Shown here: positions 1 through 15,002 of the stretch, one piece after another
How positions within the stretch are numbered: the stretch's first letter is position 1
How the letters are laid out: the number at the start of each line of letters is the position of its first letter
NCBI GenBank assembly: GCA_040954595.2
Contig: CM082587.2
Span: 2,633,000-2,696,999, forward strand
Length of the DNA stretch: 64,000 bases
DNA from: Balanoglossus misakiensis
Lineage: Eukaryota > Animalia > Hemichordata
Direction of reading: 5' to 3'
Notes under the pieces: generated by a model
What the model saw: the letters and a program-made list of their open reading frames with translations, nothing else
Databases searched by the model: none
Told to the model about the DNA's origin: nothing
Translations under genes and position numbers: made by a program

Positions 1-229
1 TAAATTAGGCTACTGTATGTATTTGTGAGGGTGGTGTTCAAGTTGATTCAATCGATAAGGTGAAGGGGGATTACTGTGACTTCAATAAAACGGTTTCTTA
101 AGCAAGGGAGGGTATACAATTTTTAGGGAAACGTTCACGGCTAAATCTAATCAACACATCACTAGTTAGGCCTATACGAATTTTCTAAACAAGCGGCCTT
201 GCTTTGTATTTGTTTTTTTTTTTCAACAG

Positions 230-497
230 AACTAAATGGAAACGACAGATGCAAGTCGGCTTCGAATTCTTAGAGACGGGCAACTTCAACCCGCTTCACA
301 GCATACTCCCGCGGCCTTCGCCCTACTTCTACCACCCGAACCAGGCCATCATATCCAACATGGACAGTCTGTACAACATCCACGGCGGGCAGAGGCCCAT
401 GTTCCCCCGGATGTTCCTTCACGGACTCCAGCAACACCTGAACCACCTTCCGGTGGCGCCCCGACCCCTACATCCGGGGCAGCCGCTGCCGCACTGA
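230..497 (+). CDS. BarH: Terminal coding exon of a BarH/BARHL-like homeobox gene, paralog A (end of helix 3 plus C-terminal tail); upstream exons lie outside the window
   Basis: Polypyrimidine tract and CAG acceptor (AG 228-229), then phase-2 frame (R)TKWKRQMQVGFEFLETGNFNPLHSILPRPSPYFYHPNQ...PLPH* with TGA ending at 497. Same acceptor phase as, and a nearly identical C-terminus to, the exon at 28697-28961. AATAAA at 587-592 and 595-600. Confidence 0.88.
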
Positions 498-1497
498 GAC
501 TGAAAGAACGACGCGCGCGCACTTCTATGCATAACCGGTGTGACTATCACCATCATCGCTATTATTCCCTTTTATATAAATTATCAAATAAATTAATAAA
601 CAGTGACGAATGCCCCCCAAAAAACGAGAAAGCGTACACGGGACTTACACTTTTGTATGTTTGAGAGTTTGTCGAATTCCGGAGGGAAAAAATTTGAATC
701 AAAACCAGGAGGTGAACAATGGCGTTATTCACTCGCACTGCCCGTCCACTGAACAAAGTTCAGCTTTTCCTTTAGAACTTTCCAAAGCGAACGAGAAACC
801 CCAACGGAATCACATGGATGAATATTTAGTCCCCGCACTGCACGCGGTCAGAGTATTGACTTTGTTCACGTCTCTTTTAGTTCCGCTTCTCTTATTGACA
901 GAATCAAGTCGAGAATGATCATTTTTTTAAAACACGACGAGATGGAGAATTCGCGTTACCGACAAGGAGACTAAGAACAGTGTTCGGAAAGACGCGTCTT
1001 TGATGAAAACAACAAGACGAATGCCAACTTCTGAACAAGACTGGCAAGATATAGCCACGTGACCCATATCAAGCCTCGCAGGGTCCTACACCACGCATGT
1101 GCACCAAACCAAAAACAGACCAGGGTGGGATTCAAATCAACGCGTCAACACATGGTTGCCACGGTAACACTAAGGCGAGTCGTTTGGACGAAGGCCTCTT
1201 GAACCGCCATAGCAAAACTCCAGAAGGAGCCAGTCTTCAATGGGGGAAAAGGTGAGAATTCTTGATCTTGCAGCATCAGATCTCGTCGGGGGGGGGGGTC
1301 TAGATATTATCACACGGCGGCCTCGCCTTCGTGACATTGGGAATAGACAACTAACAACGTGCACGTTTGATATTGTCTTTCAGATGAAAACCAACTCACC
1401 GCGTATTCAAGTTAGAATCATGCTCGGGACAACGCTTCCTGGAGCGGCTTGCAGCCTGCCATGCCCGGCCAACCAGCGCGTGCACGAGAAGATCCAT

Positions 1498-1583
1498 ATC
1501 ATCCGAAAACAACCCACATCTGAATGCAACTACAGGAGACATCATCCGAAAAGAACCCACATCTGAATGCATCTACAGGAGAC
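1498..1583. repeat. 43-bp tandem duplication (2 copies)
   Basis: atcatccgaaaa(c/g)aacccacatctgaatgca(a/t)ctacaggagac at 1498-1540 and 1541-1583, 2 mismatches. Confidence 0.9.
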
Positions 1584-4500
1584 AATCTACGTTGATTGAT
1601 TGAGAGTTCTCGAAGGAACATTTTATCGTCTGCGAAATGTTAGAGACGCCTTCTGCAATTCGTTCGGTACACTTTCTTTCGCTTAATTTGATTTACACAG
1701 CCACGACTCATCAATGAACTGGCTTTATCTCAGAGTTAATTTTATCAGTTGTGTTGAGACCACTCTTGTGAACAGCACAACCACCTGCATTCTGCTTTGC
1801 GACGAATTGACAAATCTGCCATTGACAACAACATCCACGATTCCATTTCCGTTGAGGTTCAGATTCCTGTGTTATTTCCTTTCAAATCATTTGTTCGCGT
1901 CATCCATTTGGGTGTGGCGGAAGACCACTAGTGCGAATTTTCGACGCGGAGATACAATACGGGACACCAAGAAGTTCGTCACGATTTTGACCGGAGGCCT
2001 TCCCCCCCTAGACATATCAAAATGCACGTTTCTGAGTATGAAATTAAACTTTTTACTCCTGAATTTTATTAGACATATCAACAAACACTGTAAGTGTTAT
2101 TCTTTTCTACTATCGCACGTGACCTTGTTCACGTGATATTTTTTTCTGGTTACTTTTAAGTCAATGATATCGTCACCTTGAAAAGAAGTGTATTGTGAAT
2201 TCAACACTGTAAATAAAGTCAAAGTACAATAAGGCGAGAGAGGTTTTGGCTATTTCCCTCAAGTTCAATTAACATCTCGGTACCCGGGCAAATTTGTGTC
2301 AAGATTTTATGAATTACTAAACGGAGAATTTTTCTTGTTACTTGCCCATTATCAGTGATGATACCACGATGACCGATCACAAACAACTCGAAACGTATTA
2401 AGTACACGCAAGCGTATTGTAGTTTCCGAAAACGTTTTGTCTTGTTTTATGTCACTCTAGGGGGTGCGTTTTCTCCGCCGACTTGAAACGGAACTATGAA
2501 AAGATGTTTTGGATGCATTAAAATCCAGGGACAAGAAACACTGGAACATTCTCGGCATTTTTACGACGGTTTTTGTTTCTTCCCATTTGCGTTAATTGTC
2601 CCTTAAATGGTACAAGCTGACTTGGTCTATGTGCATCTCCGGAACTTCTCTAACAGAACTTTAATTGTCTCGGTCACCTTGAAGCAAGTTTAATGACTTC
2701 AATCTTCTTCGACAAGACTATTTCCATTGAAATCTTACCATTTAGCCCAGAAAATCGTTAAAACGATCCTTTGCTAATAAAAAATACATCCTATTGGTGG
2801 TGTGTGTTTTTGAAAGAAAGGGTTGTTTAAAACCTGATAGTCGCTTATTTTACTTCAAAGACACTTCGCGATTCTTGGCCTGGGAAATTAGTTTCAGCTT
2901 CGCCTTTGAAAGAAGTTAATGTTGCATGTCTTCGTGTGCGTTTATCACACTCAATGCCATGTTTATTGTCGGGCACTCAATTTTAAGGATGTCACGGGAA
3001 CGAGCCGGGAACCACAACGGCGACTGTGGGTCACGATATAAAACTGGATCTTAATCACGGTTTCGAAGGGACCGAGATCGATTTCTGTCGTCGTATATAT
3101 ACGCATCAGACGAGCGGCACATCTTGTTAAGATTTAACCCCTCTAATTATCGCCGTCTAGACTTGGAAAATTAGGACCCGTTTAACCTGCCTTTGATCGT
3201 TCAGCTTTGCCGAAGAATGTCGAGCCACTTTGGTGACGACATGACAGCGCGCGCTACTTCCTTTCGATTTTCTCGCACAATTTCGCATAAAATCTGTGAA
3301 TTTTGATAAAACTTTCTTTTGTAATATAAACTATCACAAGAATGGGTTTTATTTTGGTCTAGAGTAAGCTTTAACTGTGGAAAAAACTACAATTTCCGAA
3401 CTCAGTATGCAAGGACTGACCACCAACCACAATAACACCATCATCTTGTTTTTATGACATTTTCCTTCGAATGAATAATTCAACAGCTTACGCTACATTT
3501 GACTGATACTTTCTTTCAAAACACTCTGTAAACTTTAAAACACAACTAAAAAAGGTGTTTGTTTAGTCCTTCGTTCAAGTGGGTGAAAAATAGCGGCTGT
3601 CTGACTGATGGCGACGAAGATGTTCACCGTATATGGTCACTTTTGATCTTCGTAAGTTCAGAATTCACTACGGCGGGTGACGGACTGAACCAAAGGGGTA
3701 TGGTCTAACACAGGGGCGGCAAGTTCAAAGGGAATCGGTAGACACAGGTCGATCGGCGCGATCGATTTCTTGTTCGTTTTCGCTGATGAAGCAATCACAT
3801 TCACCCTGCGTCCGGTGGACAAACAGTCATTATAGGAAATCGGCTGAACAAAACAATTCAAACCGAACATATTAATTAGATTAAAAGAAGAGTCTTTGAG
3901 GGACAATGGAGGCCGTAACTGACGCCATGTAAGAAGATTAACGGCATTGGTGAGGGGTCGGTGAAATATGTGGACGGCTGTCCCTGTGAGTGAGAGTGTC
4001 AACCGGCCCAGGCTGTGCTTGACAAGCGAGTCACTCACGGTTGTGCGATGGCATGTGCACGTCGCCGGACCTGCTGTTGTGTTTTGGAGCGTTGCGCGCA
4101 GGCTGAACGCCGGGGTCTGGCGCGCCTAATCAACCGTGTACTCTCCGATTGACCAAGGCGTCGTAGCGTGTCAACGGCTGCAGCGTGCTTGGAGAGTAAT
4201 ACCTGGAAATGAGTGCGTGCAGCACGGACGTAGTTAAAGGGACAAAGTCGCTAACTTTCGACCAGTCGATAAAAACTCTGCTCAATCTTGTACTTGGGTA
4301 TAACATGAGAATGTATTTTTGTACAACTTCCCAAAGTCTTCAACAACGCCCCAAAAGTAGATTTTCACCCCTTTTCGACATTTACAGTCGTCCAGAAAGT
4401 CGAGTAACTATACAACAAACAAACAAGAGTGAGCTAAAGACAAATTTTAAGCACGCGTCATCATTCAGCAGCTCAGGATATCACTGCAACCTATCCATAG

Positions 4501-7500
4501 ATGTGACATTTTCAACTCCATTTTCTAAAGGGACCGAAGACAAACGCGTCGTTATATAGTACGCATTTCTTAATTCACGAATACAAACATATTAAGACAC
4601 CGAACGCTTGGGTGTTATTTATGTAAGCGCGCGTGAACAAGGCAAGTGCATCCGGCAATCGGCGGTGCTCGCTTCAGTGAGAAAATTGAATAGTGCTATA
4701 TACGAGAACGTTTTAAAAAATCAGAAAAAATGATCACGCTTTCTCACTTCTGCGTTGAAAGCCTTCATCCGGTACAGCTGTAGAGAATTGCAACCCCCCT
4801 CCCGATTCAAATATTCCATTGATGGCGTATTTTGTCGGGCGGGTAATTTTGATATTAAGGCATTGGGGACGCCGAATCGAGCACAAACGCTAAGCAAAAC
4901 AAATGCCCCAGCCATTCTCGATAAATACCAATTTGCTGTATGATTGTCGAGCATAACCAGTTAATAATAAACTCTTAGCTGGCCATGCAAGTGTATTAAA
5001 TTAACTAGGTCTCTAACAACGAAGTCCGTATAACTTATTTCGCTTCCCCATTCATCGGCACAATGGGGAGCTGGCACTTGAAATTAGGAACACAGTCCTC
5101 AATGGCCCCCGTCCATTCAGAATGGCGGTGATCTTTTCCTCGCCGGGATTATCTTGCCAACGAACACTCCTTTGTCGATCGCTCCAATGGTTTAAACCAC
5201 TTAAATCGAGCTCTGAGAGTCGCCGCTTGTAAGCCCCTTTGTTGGGGGAGTTGGGGGCAATTATAGAAATTGCAATCTGTCTTGACGTGAGTACTGTGCG
5301 AAAATAGTTGCCGATCGTGACGCTCGGGTCGCTGTTTCGACTTAATTCCAAAACGATTGGAGAAAAAAAACAGAACACAGGTTTTTACATTTACTGGGGG
5401 AAGAAGAATATTATTCTATGCAGATTCTTCTCGTGTCTAGTGTTCATTTTTTGTCTGTCTCAGGCTGTCAGTTTTGTGTTAGTTTGTTAGTTTGCCTGCC
5501 TCCAATTCCCACCGATGCTGCAGTTCACGTAACGGACAATCATCAAAATGCCAACTCCGTGACAGGACTTTTGATGGTGGTGACGCATGCGCAGGATCAG
5601 CGTCAATTTGACAGGTTCGGCGCTACCATCTCGCGTATACACGGTTTCCCTTTTAAATATTATTCATGTGTGACGCGCAAGGGGGATACATTCCATGGCT
5701 GGATAAATATATCGAAGAGCTTTTGAAATTCGGAATGTTGTTAAAAGATAGTTTTTGTGTGGTATTTGACATTAGTTTTTTTAATGGACATCACTAAATG
5801 TTGATATGTGTAATATTTTCAGCCGATACCAATGGCGACGGCATTGGGCTATCGATAACACAATTATGTCCAATTTCTGCAACCCGTAACAAGATTCATA
5901 AAACACAATAGAGTTTCAGATAAGCCCTGGAATACCACAAATGTCCTTTCATGTTCGAAATAAAAAAATATATGTTCATTCTGTTCAAAGCATACCAACT
6001 AAGGTTATGTAAAATAAGGAAATCTTATTAATTGTGAAACTGACCCGGACAAAACGTTTAGGTGATACTTTGTCTTACGACATCAAGTTACATTGGTTTG
6101 CGCCCGATATTTTGGCTACTGGGGATGTTTGTGGGGGGAAAAAAATTGGAGCTTAGAAGACAAAAAAAAGATCATCTCTGAACCAGGTGTTGTTTCTCTT
6201 ACATTAAAATGGCAAACACCCCTCGGCATCTCCAAACGGAAACAAGTCGGTTAAATCCGCGGAGGGTATTCGCCGTCAGGAGCCGGATTTCAAACCGGGT
6301 ATCCCCCGGCGCAAATACCTTTCCATGCAATCAAGGAAAACCTGCAAACAGGTTGTACAATTACGTCACAAGCCCAAGATTACTTTGTAGCAAGTCGCGT
6401 GAAAGGGCGAGGAAGAAAAGCCCGTAAGCGGGCAAACACGCCGCTTATTAACTGAGCCGCCGCATTTACGGTGAAATCGCCGTGCGTGATTCACTCAATG
6501 GAAAACCTATTCTAAATCCCTTCGTAGATATTAACGGTATTGACGATCTCGCGGTGTTTGTGTGGAAAATCCCTTTCTCCGCTCAAATGGCGTATTGTTT
6601 TCTTAAATTCTCCCATTTTAGTGCGTTTAATATCGGCGTTTGTTTTCGCCATTCTCGCACGACTCGGAATTTACCTTTTGAGAACATGTGTGACTGCCAT
6701 GAAACGTTCAATATTCATTCTAGCGGAGCTTAACCGTTTTCTTGTTGCCGCTAATGAATCTTGACTAAGATCAACCCCCCCCCCCCCTTCTCAAGTAAAC
6801 TGGGTAAATTTATTTAAACTTTTTGCTACGGTCTTGGCCGACCGACCATGACCAAATACCGACTAAAATCAACGCCGCGTGCGAGGAGCGATACAGCGGA
6901 AACATAGGGTGTGTGTTGCCATGGGCGGAGTAACACCACCATCTCAGTGTAAAGGGGTTCGATCCCCCTTCCCCTCCCCTCCCCCTCCCCGGGCCGTTCG
7001 CCTCTAGTTTTGACGACAGCGCAGTGGTTCATAAACGTGGCGAATTTGGTGAACTATATTTGATCCGAGGATAAAAAGTTCTCAGGAAATCTTTTCAAGT
7101 GTTTGAATCCAATTACAGCTGGACACAATGATGAAGAGAGATTCAATTAAAAACAGATTAGTCTTCTATGGTGCAGTGGGCCCTCCTTATGAGTGATCAA
7201 GGACCGTGGATCGACCTGTGGCTTCCCGAGGTCAAACCTGACAGGATGCGGCTATAGTGCGTGCTCTGAAAGAAGATGGAAAGCTTGTGCTTTTTTTGTA
7301 CAATAGACCAAGACCTGGCATGGTCTCTTTGGGGATATCTTAGCGAACTCGTGGAGAATCGGGCGCAGCGCCTCCATCTTCTGATAGAGGGGGCGATTTA
7401 CGTTTTTAGTCTCATCTCAGTGGCCAGGAAGACAGACAGATGCAAAAGTAAAATTGATAACGGTGATCGTTTCCTGTACCACCGCTTCGGCGATGTGATC

Positions 7501-9738
7501 AGTAGAGAACATAAGCAGTGTCTCCTTACAAACGTGCAGCGAAGCATCGATCGATGATGTCGATTCGCTGTGTTTTTATCTCGTAAATGAAGTCGTTATC
7601 TCCTCCTCTGAAATGTACACATGCACACAAAAGGCGGACGTGCAACGATATGACATCGACACCGCCCGGTATTAATGGCATCTCGGCTTAAGAAAACTCA
7701 CGACAATGCACTCGTCTCAAGAATCTGCGTACAAGATCACTCGATATCATTAATACGCCATGAATTATTCACGTAGTTGTCCCTGCTAACAATAAATTCG
7801 AATCAAGTCGGATTAGTTTTATCTGCTTTCATACGGGCATAGATTGATTTCAGTTTGTATCGCCGTTGACGATGGTCGATAAGGCGCGGATTACGGCCTG
7901 AAAACACCATTAACCGAGTCTCTGTTTCCCGTTTAAGATTCTCTGTTCGAAGGAATGCAAACGTTTGTTTTGTTATTGTTTATCGTTTGAAATCAATCGA
8001 CTAAACTTTTCCACCGTGGCACGTCTTCGCTTTGAGCGATGAAAACTTGCTTTAGTTTCGTTCTCCTCTGTTTTGTTTAAGTTCCGACGATTTCTTTTTC
8101 ACACGCATACCGTTTTTTTTTAAACAAAACACGGGAGCCCCACTTTCTGGATCCGGTAACCCATTAACTAAATGCTCCGTGCACTCCGGGGGTGTATGGA
8201 CCGTCCGTGGTGCCCCCGAGGTATGCACGCCCCGCCTGGTAACAACTTCCCCTTTCTCTTTAAAATTATATAAATCTCGAATTTTGTAGGCTTCATTTGC
8301 CAATGATGCCAACTAAATTTCTCAAACTACATGTATACAGTTACCGTCCCAAAAACTATAAACTTCTGCGACGTTAGACACGATATGCATACGCAATGTA
8401 TATTTACTAGTGCGATGTCAGATAAAGCGCAGAGATAAACAAACTTTTAATGCTATTATTAAAGTCTGGTGACTTCAATCTGGACTTGAAGAATAAAGGA
8501 ACGGGGCTTAAGTGGTTGTTTTATATGTTACGATGGCATGGCTAGATGCATTTGAATAGAGCGGCGATATTAACCGTCTTGCCGGCGAGTTCGTTCCATG
8601 GGAATCGCACAACGATGGAAAGTTCGATATTGCAAAATGATATTGGGTTGACATTTAGAACGTCGAGATGATCCTGAAATTTGTTTAAATGATATAACCC
8701 CCGTCACACCGGACACCCCAGCTAAAATATTGACATAATATTCATTTGTTTTTGACTAAATGAAGTTTTTTAAAGCCGACTCCGTCCTAACACATGAATT
8801 TCTGTATGATAAAAGTTGGTGGTTATAAGGACCATTGAAATCCGCTGTGAAACGCGACACCGTGCCAACTGTTCCGTGCCTGTGTGTTTAGTCATCGTCT
8901 GTGTTTGCGGAATCGTTGAGGTACAGTGCGCGCTTTAATAACCCCCCTCCAAAAGTACAGCCACTTCAATTATATATACATTGGCCAAGCGGCACTTAGG
9001 CGATCCGCGGACCGGTAACTGCGCTCTTGACACCCGTATATACTAAAGGTGAGATCACCGGCACGACGTGATGAGCGAGATCACACGGGAAAAGGGGAGG
9101 GGTACTCGGTGACTTATGGATTCTAGAACTGATGGAGTTAACTTTTTGTTTAATTTAATACACGGGCACTTTTTATGATGGATTGGCAGGGGAACCTGAC
9201 AAGATCGAGAGTATATCATTGCTATTAAATACTCCAGCAAATATTGACGCACAGTCATTATCCGCCAGCCAGTGGCGCTAATCTTACACAAACACATGAA
9301 TCCGAACTCCGATTTTTGCCAGCCAGGTTTTTTTGCCATTTTCACTGGTCCCGCACCTGATCAAAAAGCTAATATTTATCTTATTCAATTTGGCAGAGCA
9401 AACAGTTTCAAAATCCTCGACTGGCCGGGACCGACAGATATTAACTCGCCGGCAGTCTGGAACGATGAACAATTTCAATCGCAAAATCTGAATTCTTGTT
9501 TTTCTTTCTCGGAAACGTTATTAGGCAAATGGCTAACGTGCTCGCAAGTGATAATTATTACTAAACACTGACATCCGAATTTTTAACGATCGATTTTAAA
9601 CTCGGATAATGAAACCGTTCAAGCAGTATGGAATAGGGCTGCAGACAACACAAGAGCCCGTATGTTCATGGCAGATGAATACAAATACTTAAATTTGGGG
9701 AAATTCCGAGCATTTTATGCACCCGGCAGGAATCCGCA

Positions 9739-9795
9739 GATTGATTGATTGATTGACTGACTGACTGACTGACTGACTGACTGACAGACAGACAG

Positions 9796-9865
<70 letters not shown>
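9739..9865. repeat. Compound tetranucleotide microsatellite (GATT)n(GACT)n(GACA)n
   Basis: Directly visible; explains the SVCL-repeat ORFs at 9666-9933. Confidence 0.97.
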
Positions 9866-11463
9866 CTAACATACATATTCTCTGTCTTTCCCTCCAGGGC
9901 AGATTTTTGTAGTTCAGTGTCTGTTGCTAACATAAATTCACGTGCCCATATTTAATGTTGTTTCCCGTTACCACCACTTATAAGTCACCCATTCATGTTT
10001 CACTTGCTATCCCCTGCACGCATGCGTAGTTGCAGGCGGCTGTGGGCTAGTTGAGGCAGGAACTCACGTCGTATGCGCGGAATCAAACTACTTAATAATC
10101 TAATCTCTAATAACTTTAAATCAGAAACATCGCGGAGGGCTGATTTACTTTGTTAAATATATGTTGAGTCTATCGATTTTCTGCTTCGACATTTCATCTC
10201 ATTACGGCGAAACGTTTTGTGTCGATTCGATTTGCTCATATTCAACTACTGCGAAGGCACAAAATTGGAAGCAAATGGCAATGTTTGTACTCCTAATTTA
10301 CGGCCATGTGGCGCAGACTACCTCCGAGCGATATTCCCTTAATAGGCGCAGAGACAAGAGGTGACTACGACAACCAAATGTACCTCAGAGACTTTAAAGA
10401 GGGCCTTTCGCCGCGCGGAGGATTGCGGACACACCGGACGTGTTTGAATCAAAAGTTCGCAGAATTGCTGGGCCTGGACGCCCCCAGTGCGTGAAACATG
10501 AATTTAGCTAAAATGACATCGGGACTGTACCTCCGTCGCGGGTAAAATTCCCCGGTCGACAGGTTGGTGTATTGTCCGCGATACGACAGACATCGCTCGC
10601 CCAATTACTAAGGGAACGCAGCCGCGCTGAGCGTGTGCGTAGTGTGCGCGTGATTTATGGGTCCTACAAAATCCGCTGAAATCTGTCGTAGTAGTTTGCG
10701 TTCGCTCGTTTTGCCTCGACATCAACAAGATCGCGCTTTTCGTGGAGGGATGGAATCTCCATCTGATGTCCCGGTCTCTTCGCCGCAATCTGTTCATTTT
10801 GCAGCCGCGGAGACCTTTTTTCCGAGGACGTGCTTAAAGACTTTATGGGTGTCGCGTGTTTGCCAGTGCGTTTTACGACCGCCAACCAAAGTACGGCGCG
10901 CATCATCATACACGGAAACATAGACTATGATCGTAAATTTCCAAATTGGAAGGAGCGGTCACACGACATGAAAAGTCCTCTTTTTTTCTGGGGCGAGCGA
11001 TGTTTTGTTTGCTGGGAAAACAAACACATTAAAGACAGGAGTACGGTTCTTTCTTTTCGCCGCAGCTCATGTGGTTTCTGAAGACCTGTTAAATGCTTCC
11101 CCCAATGTTGTACGCATGTACACACACCGTTCTCAAAAAAAAAACTAGCCCCAGATGTCGGGGGCTTCGGTGGGCGAGCTCTCAGCCAAACGCAGTGCGC
11201 CAGTGACTGCCAAGTCTGGTGTTTGTCCGCTGGGAAAGCTCGCTTATTATCGCCCATAATAGAATCATGATGGAGGAATAATGACATAGGATACTCAGAG
11301 GACCAGCTATTGCTTTCAGCTCCGCTACTATGTGCTTTGAACTGTATTGATGCGCCATCAATCGCCGAGACCCCTTTGTTTCATCGGGAGGAATAAACAA
11401 TTCGTCCCTAATTAATTTCCTTGTGATTACCTCCCCCTTCAGCGGTCCCCACCTTTTACGGAC

Positions 11464-11494
<31 letters not shown>

Positions 11495-14400
11495 GATGCA
11501 AGCGCAGCCACGGGCGATGCGCGTTATTGGTTCCACTCGACGAGCACTGTCAAAAGGTTTAAGTATAATTTTTGTGCCCCCATCCCCAAACTTAAAATGA
11601 TACGGCTTTTGTTCGCGGCGCTTTAAGAGGTCCGCGGAGAGACCACCAAAATTGCGCCGCAAGAAAAACAACCACGGTCTCGGCGGCGAGTGCCAGTCGG
11701 TCCACACGTCAGCGTAATTCACGACTCACCGTCCCGCTAATACATCGCTAATGTGTTTTTCAATAGGGGTTGGAGTTAATTGCCGAACAGAACTTTGAAG
11801 TTAATTTTGTGGACGATAATTTTCTCTTTTTTTTCTTTTCTCATCGATTTTTTTTTCTCTCTCTCTCTTTCGCTCGCTCGTTCCCCCGGACTGCAGTGAG
11901 TTCCCACATCTATACGCTTCGTTTTTCACGCCCAAATTTCTTGACAGCTGACCCGGTGCGTGCCCGACTAACGGTCGTCTTTCAGGACGCTTTTCAGACC
12001 AGTTTTGCTGTAATTGTCCTCTGAGTTATAACCCATTGCAACATAATAGCACTTCTTTTACCATAAATATCTTTTGCTTTATCTGCCCCTTTACCGAAAC
12101 ACAGAGGGAACAAAAGACCCTTGGTGTACCAGCCTCAGGGACAGACTTGGCTGACGACCAGAATCACGCGCGCCCTGCATAAAAATAAGACTTTTTTCTC
12201 CCTCACTGTTTTACCCTGGAATATTTTACCTCTTCCCTCCCGGAGCACGGGGAGACTACTTTCCCAGATGCCCAGATGCGCAATTTCCAAGAACTGAGTC
12301 GTGGATGTTTTAACTAAACACGTGACACGTGCCGTTGCTTTGCTGCGAGATGATAAGATAGGTTGTCTGGGAAACCAAGTTCGAAACGAAACTAACGAAG
12401 TAAAGCAGTTCCTCCGGAGAGGGGGGAAGAATATATTTTCTTTTGTGGAGAACAGAAATCAGTAGCGCTTCATACATGCGTATAATGCGGCTCAAATAAC
12501 TGAAATTTCAAATGATCCCCAATCTACCTTTAATACCGAGGGCACACAATTTAATATATTTCAAACAGACCAACTTTCTCATTATGGATATTTTATAGCT
12601 TTCCAAAGGGTTAGGCCTACATGCAAAAATCGAAAAAGTCGCCTACTCCGACGAAAAACTATCACTGCATATTTATTTCTTCTCTCGGCGTTTTGTGCAA
12701 ACAGCGAGCAAAGCCGAGACGGTGGGGGCAGGTCGTAAAAATGCATGGCTGGTAAGCTACAAGCTCATGAATACATAATTCCCATTTAAGTAGGTTTTAA
12801 CCCAACCATAATTGGCGCAGTCGTGATGTATTACAAGTCCTGGGGGAACCTACCAATTCATAACCAATGGACCAATAAGCGAAGAGAAAAAAACCTCGAA
12901 AACGCTACTTTTTTAGTCTGCCGAGGTAAAGTATGCGACCAACTGTCGTACATACAAGCGATGATATCATTTGAACAGGTCTGTCGGAAATAAATTTCCC
13001 GCAGCAGAGAATTCTGACGTTTTCATCGTTCATTAGTGAGTTTTGTGTCGGGTTATGAATATACGGCAGCGGATTAATAAAAAAGACAAAAGATCTAATC
13101 ACATCAATAAAGTTCACGGGGTCACCAAGAGGAACACATCCAACTGGGGTACACTTAATTGCGAAACACAAGTCAAGAATTTGACAAATCAGGCAAATTC
13201 TTTTTAAATGATAAAAACAAGTCATGTGCAAATATTATATCTATGATACCCCAATTGTGTTAGTCTTTGATTTTTTTACATGCCAGAATTCTTCAGACAA
13301 AGAGGTCGGGGATGTTTAAGAATGGTTTATAATCTGGCATAAAATGGCACTGGACGCGCATGCTTATGCGTACATTCCTTTAAATGAAGTTAAAAACGGT
13401 TCTTCACGAAAAGTAGTGTCACGCCCGCTCTCACCCAAAAGCGCTCTGAAAACGGAAAAGGCGTCGTTTGAAAACTAGTCACCCCAAAAGGCAAGGATCT
13501 TTCAAAAAAACGCTATGATCGGGAATAAAAACGGTGTCTGATGAAGTACATCGACCGATGTCATACTTTCAAAGCGCCGCTAAATCATCGCCTGTATTTT
13601 GATAGTTTTTGTATGGAATATAAATCAAAAACGGTTGTAAATGGTAATTGGAGCATGCAAATGTTACCATTACGACGTGAAATAAACCAAAAGTTGGCAT
13701 TTATATCAGAACGCGCACCGGTTCTGGCCCAAAAACACATTTTTCTCTCCCAAAATCACACTTCCCAATTGTCCGTATTTTGGGGAATTTTTTATGGAAA
13801 GTGCCGAAAACGGGATGAAATATCGGGAAAGGAGCAGTCCAGAAGGTGGCGCGGGCGTCGGCTTCACGGAGTTTTAAACAAAATAATTGCTTGGGTGATT
13901 AGGAGAGAACACGGCAAAAAGCCCACGACACCTAATGAATATTTAATAGCAAGATAGGGGGATCATTTATACGGAAGGAAAAACCGGCAAACTGTAAAAC
14001 ACATTTCGAGTGTGCACATTGGTCTCCAGATTCTTCGCCGGGTCCTGTCAAATCGACGGGAAAACTTACAAGCGGAAAAAAAGTGTGTAAGCGTGGACTA
14101 CAAATTCAGCGCTACTTTCTCCAACCAGATCCCTAATTCAATTACATATAATACGGTACGTACCACCACTTTACGTTATGTTTTTGTTGGAAATGTTGAT
14201 TAACTCGATCAACCTACATGCGCGCAGTCAGTACATGTAATTAACGTTTTCTGAAACGCTCTTTCCGGCCAGTGACGATGAAAACGTTGGATTATACTTA
14301 TAGTGTGGAAAGTGAACATCGCATACATTAAGAATACAGTTAACTGATTTGTGACACAATCACCAGAGTCTACTATCTTATACTGGAAACATTCAATGTA

Positions 14401-15002
14401 TCCCAGGGTTCAATACTTGAGGACTGGCTGTATGGCGGCCGTCACATTTGTTCATATTTTTTTTTTTTGGGGGGGGTTTCGGTGTGCGCATGTAGACCCG
14501 GGAGTCCCGGGAAAGTAAGTTTATCGTGCGCTGTTTTTATTCCTTTTCGAGGATTATTATAAGGTAGGAGAAATTCCAAACATTGACTGCCGACTTTGCC
14601 ATCCGGATTTTGTTACGCCCGGATGTCAAATTGAGTAATATTTTTGACAGCGCATTTTTTCGAAAATGAAAATTAGTCTCCTAAATGAGTTGACATGGTA
14701 TCGTGGATCAAAAACGGAAATTCCAGTCTAGTTTTGTTTTGTTTTGTTTTTGACTGGGGGGGGGGGGTCAATATCTGAAACAGGTTTCTGTCCGTTTAAC
14801 ACCAGCGTACAAAAGACAGCCACGTATTACCTCAAATACAGTTCCACAGTCACACGGAGACGCGCTCCCTCAGGACGGCTCCCAAATTCCACGCGGCGTC
14901 CTCGAAAACATCCACCACGGCTTCACCAAGTCCCTTCGGCAGTTTCAATCCTCAGCTACCACAGTCGACAGGCGAACTCCGTACGCTGGGCTCCCAAAAC
15001 TC

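Noticed and set aside
230-497. Idea that the second BarH exon is an assembly or haplotype duplicate
   Set aside because: Flanks are unrelated, the 5' third is highly diverged, and differences in the 3' part are mostly synonymous.
236-664. 142-aa ORF METTDASR...
   Set aside because: Alternative frame overlapping the BarH paralog A exon; the paralog comparison shows constraint on the BarH frame.
6953-6970. GGTTCGATCCC tRNA T-loop/B-box-like motif
   Set aside because: No cloverleaf, A box or acceptor stem can be built around it.
9666-9933. ORFs with SVCL/SVSQ repeats
   Set aside because: Translations of the compound microsatellite at 9739-9865.
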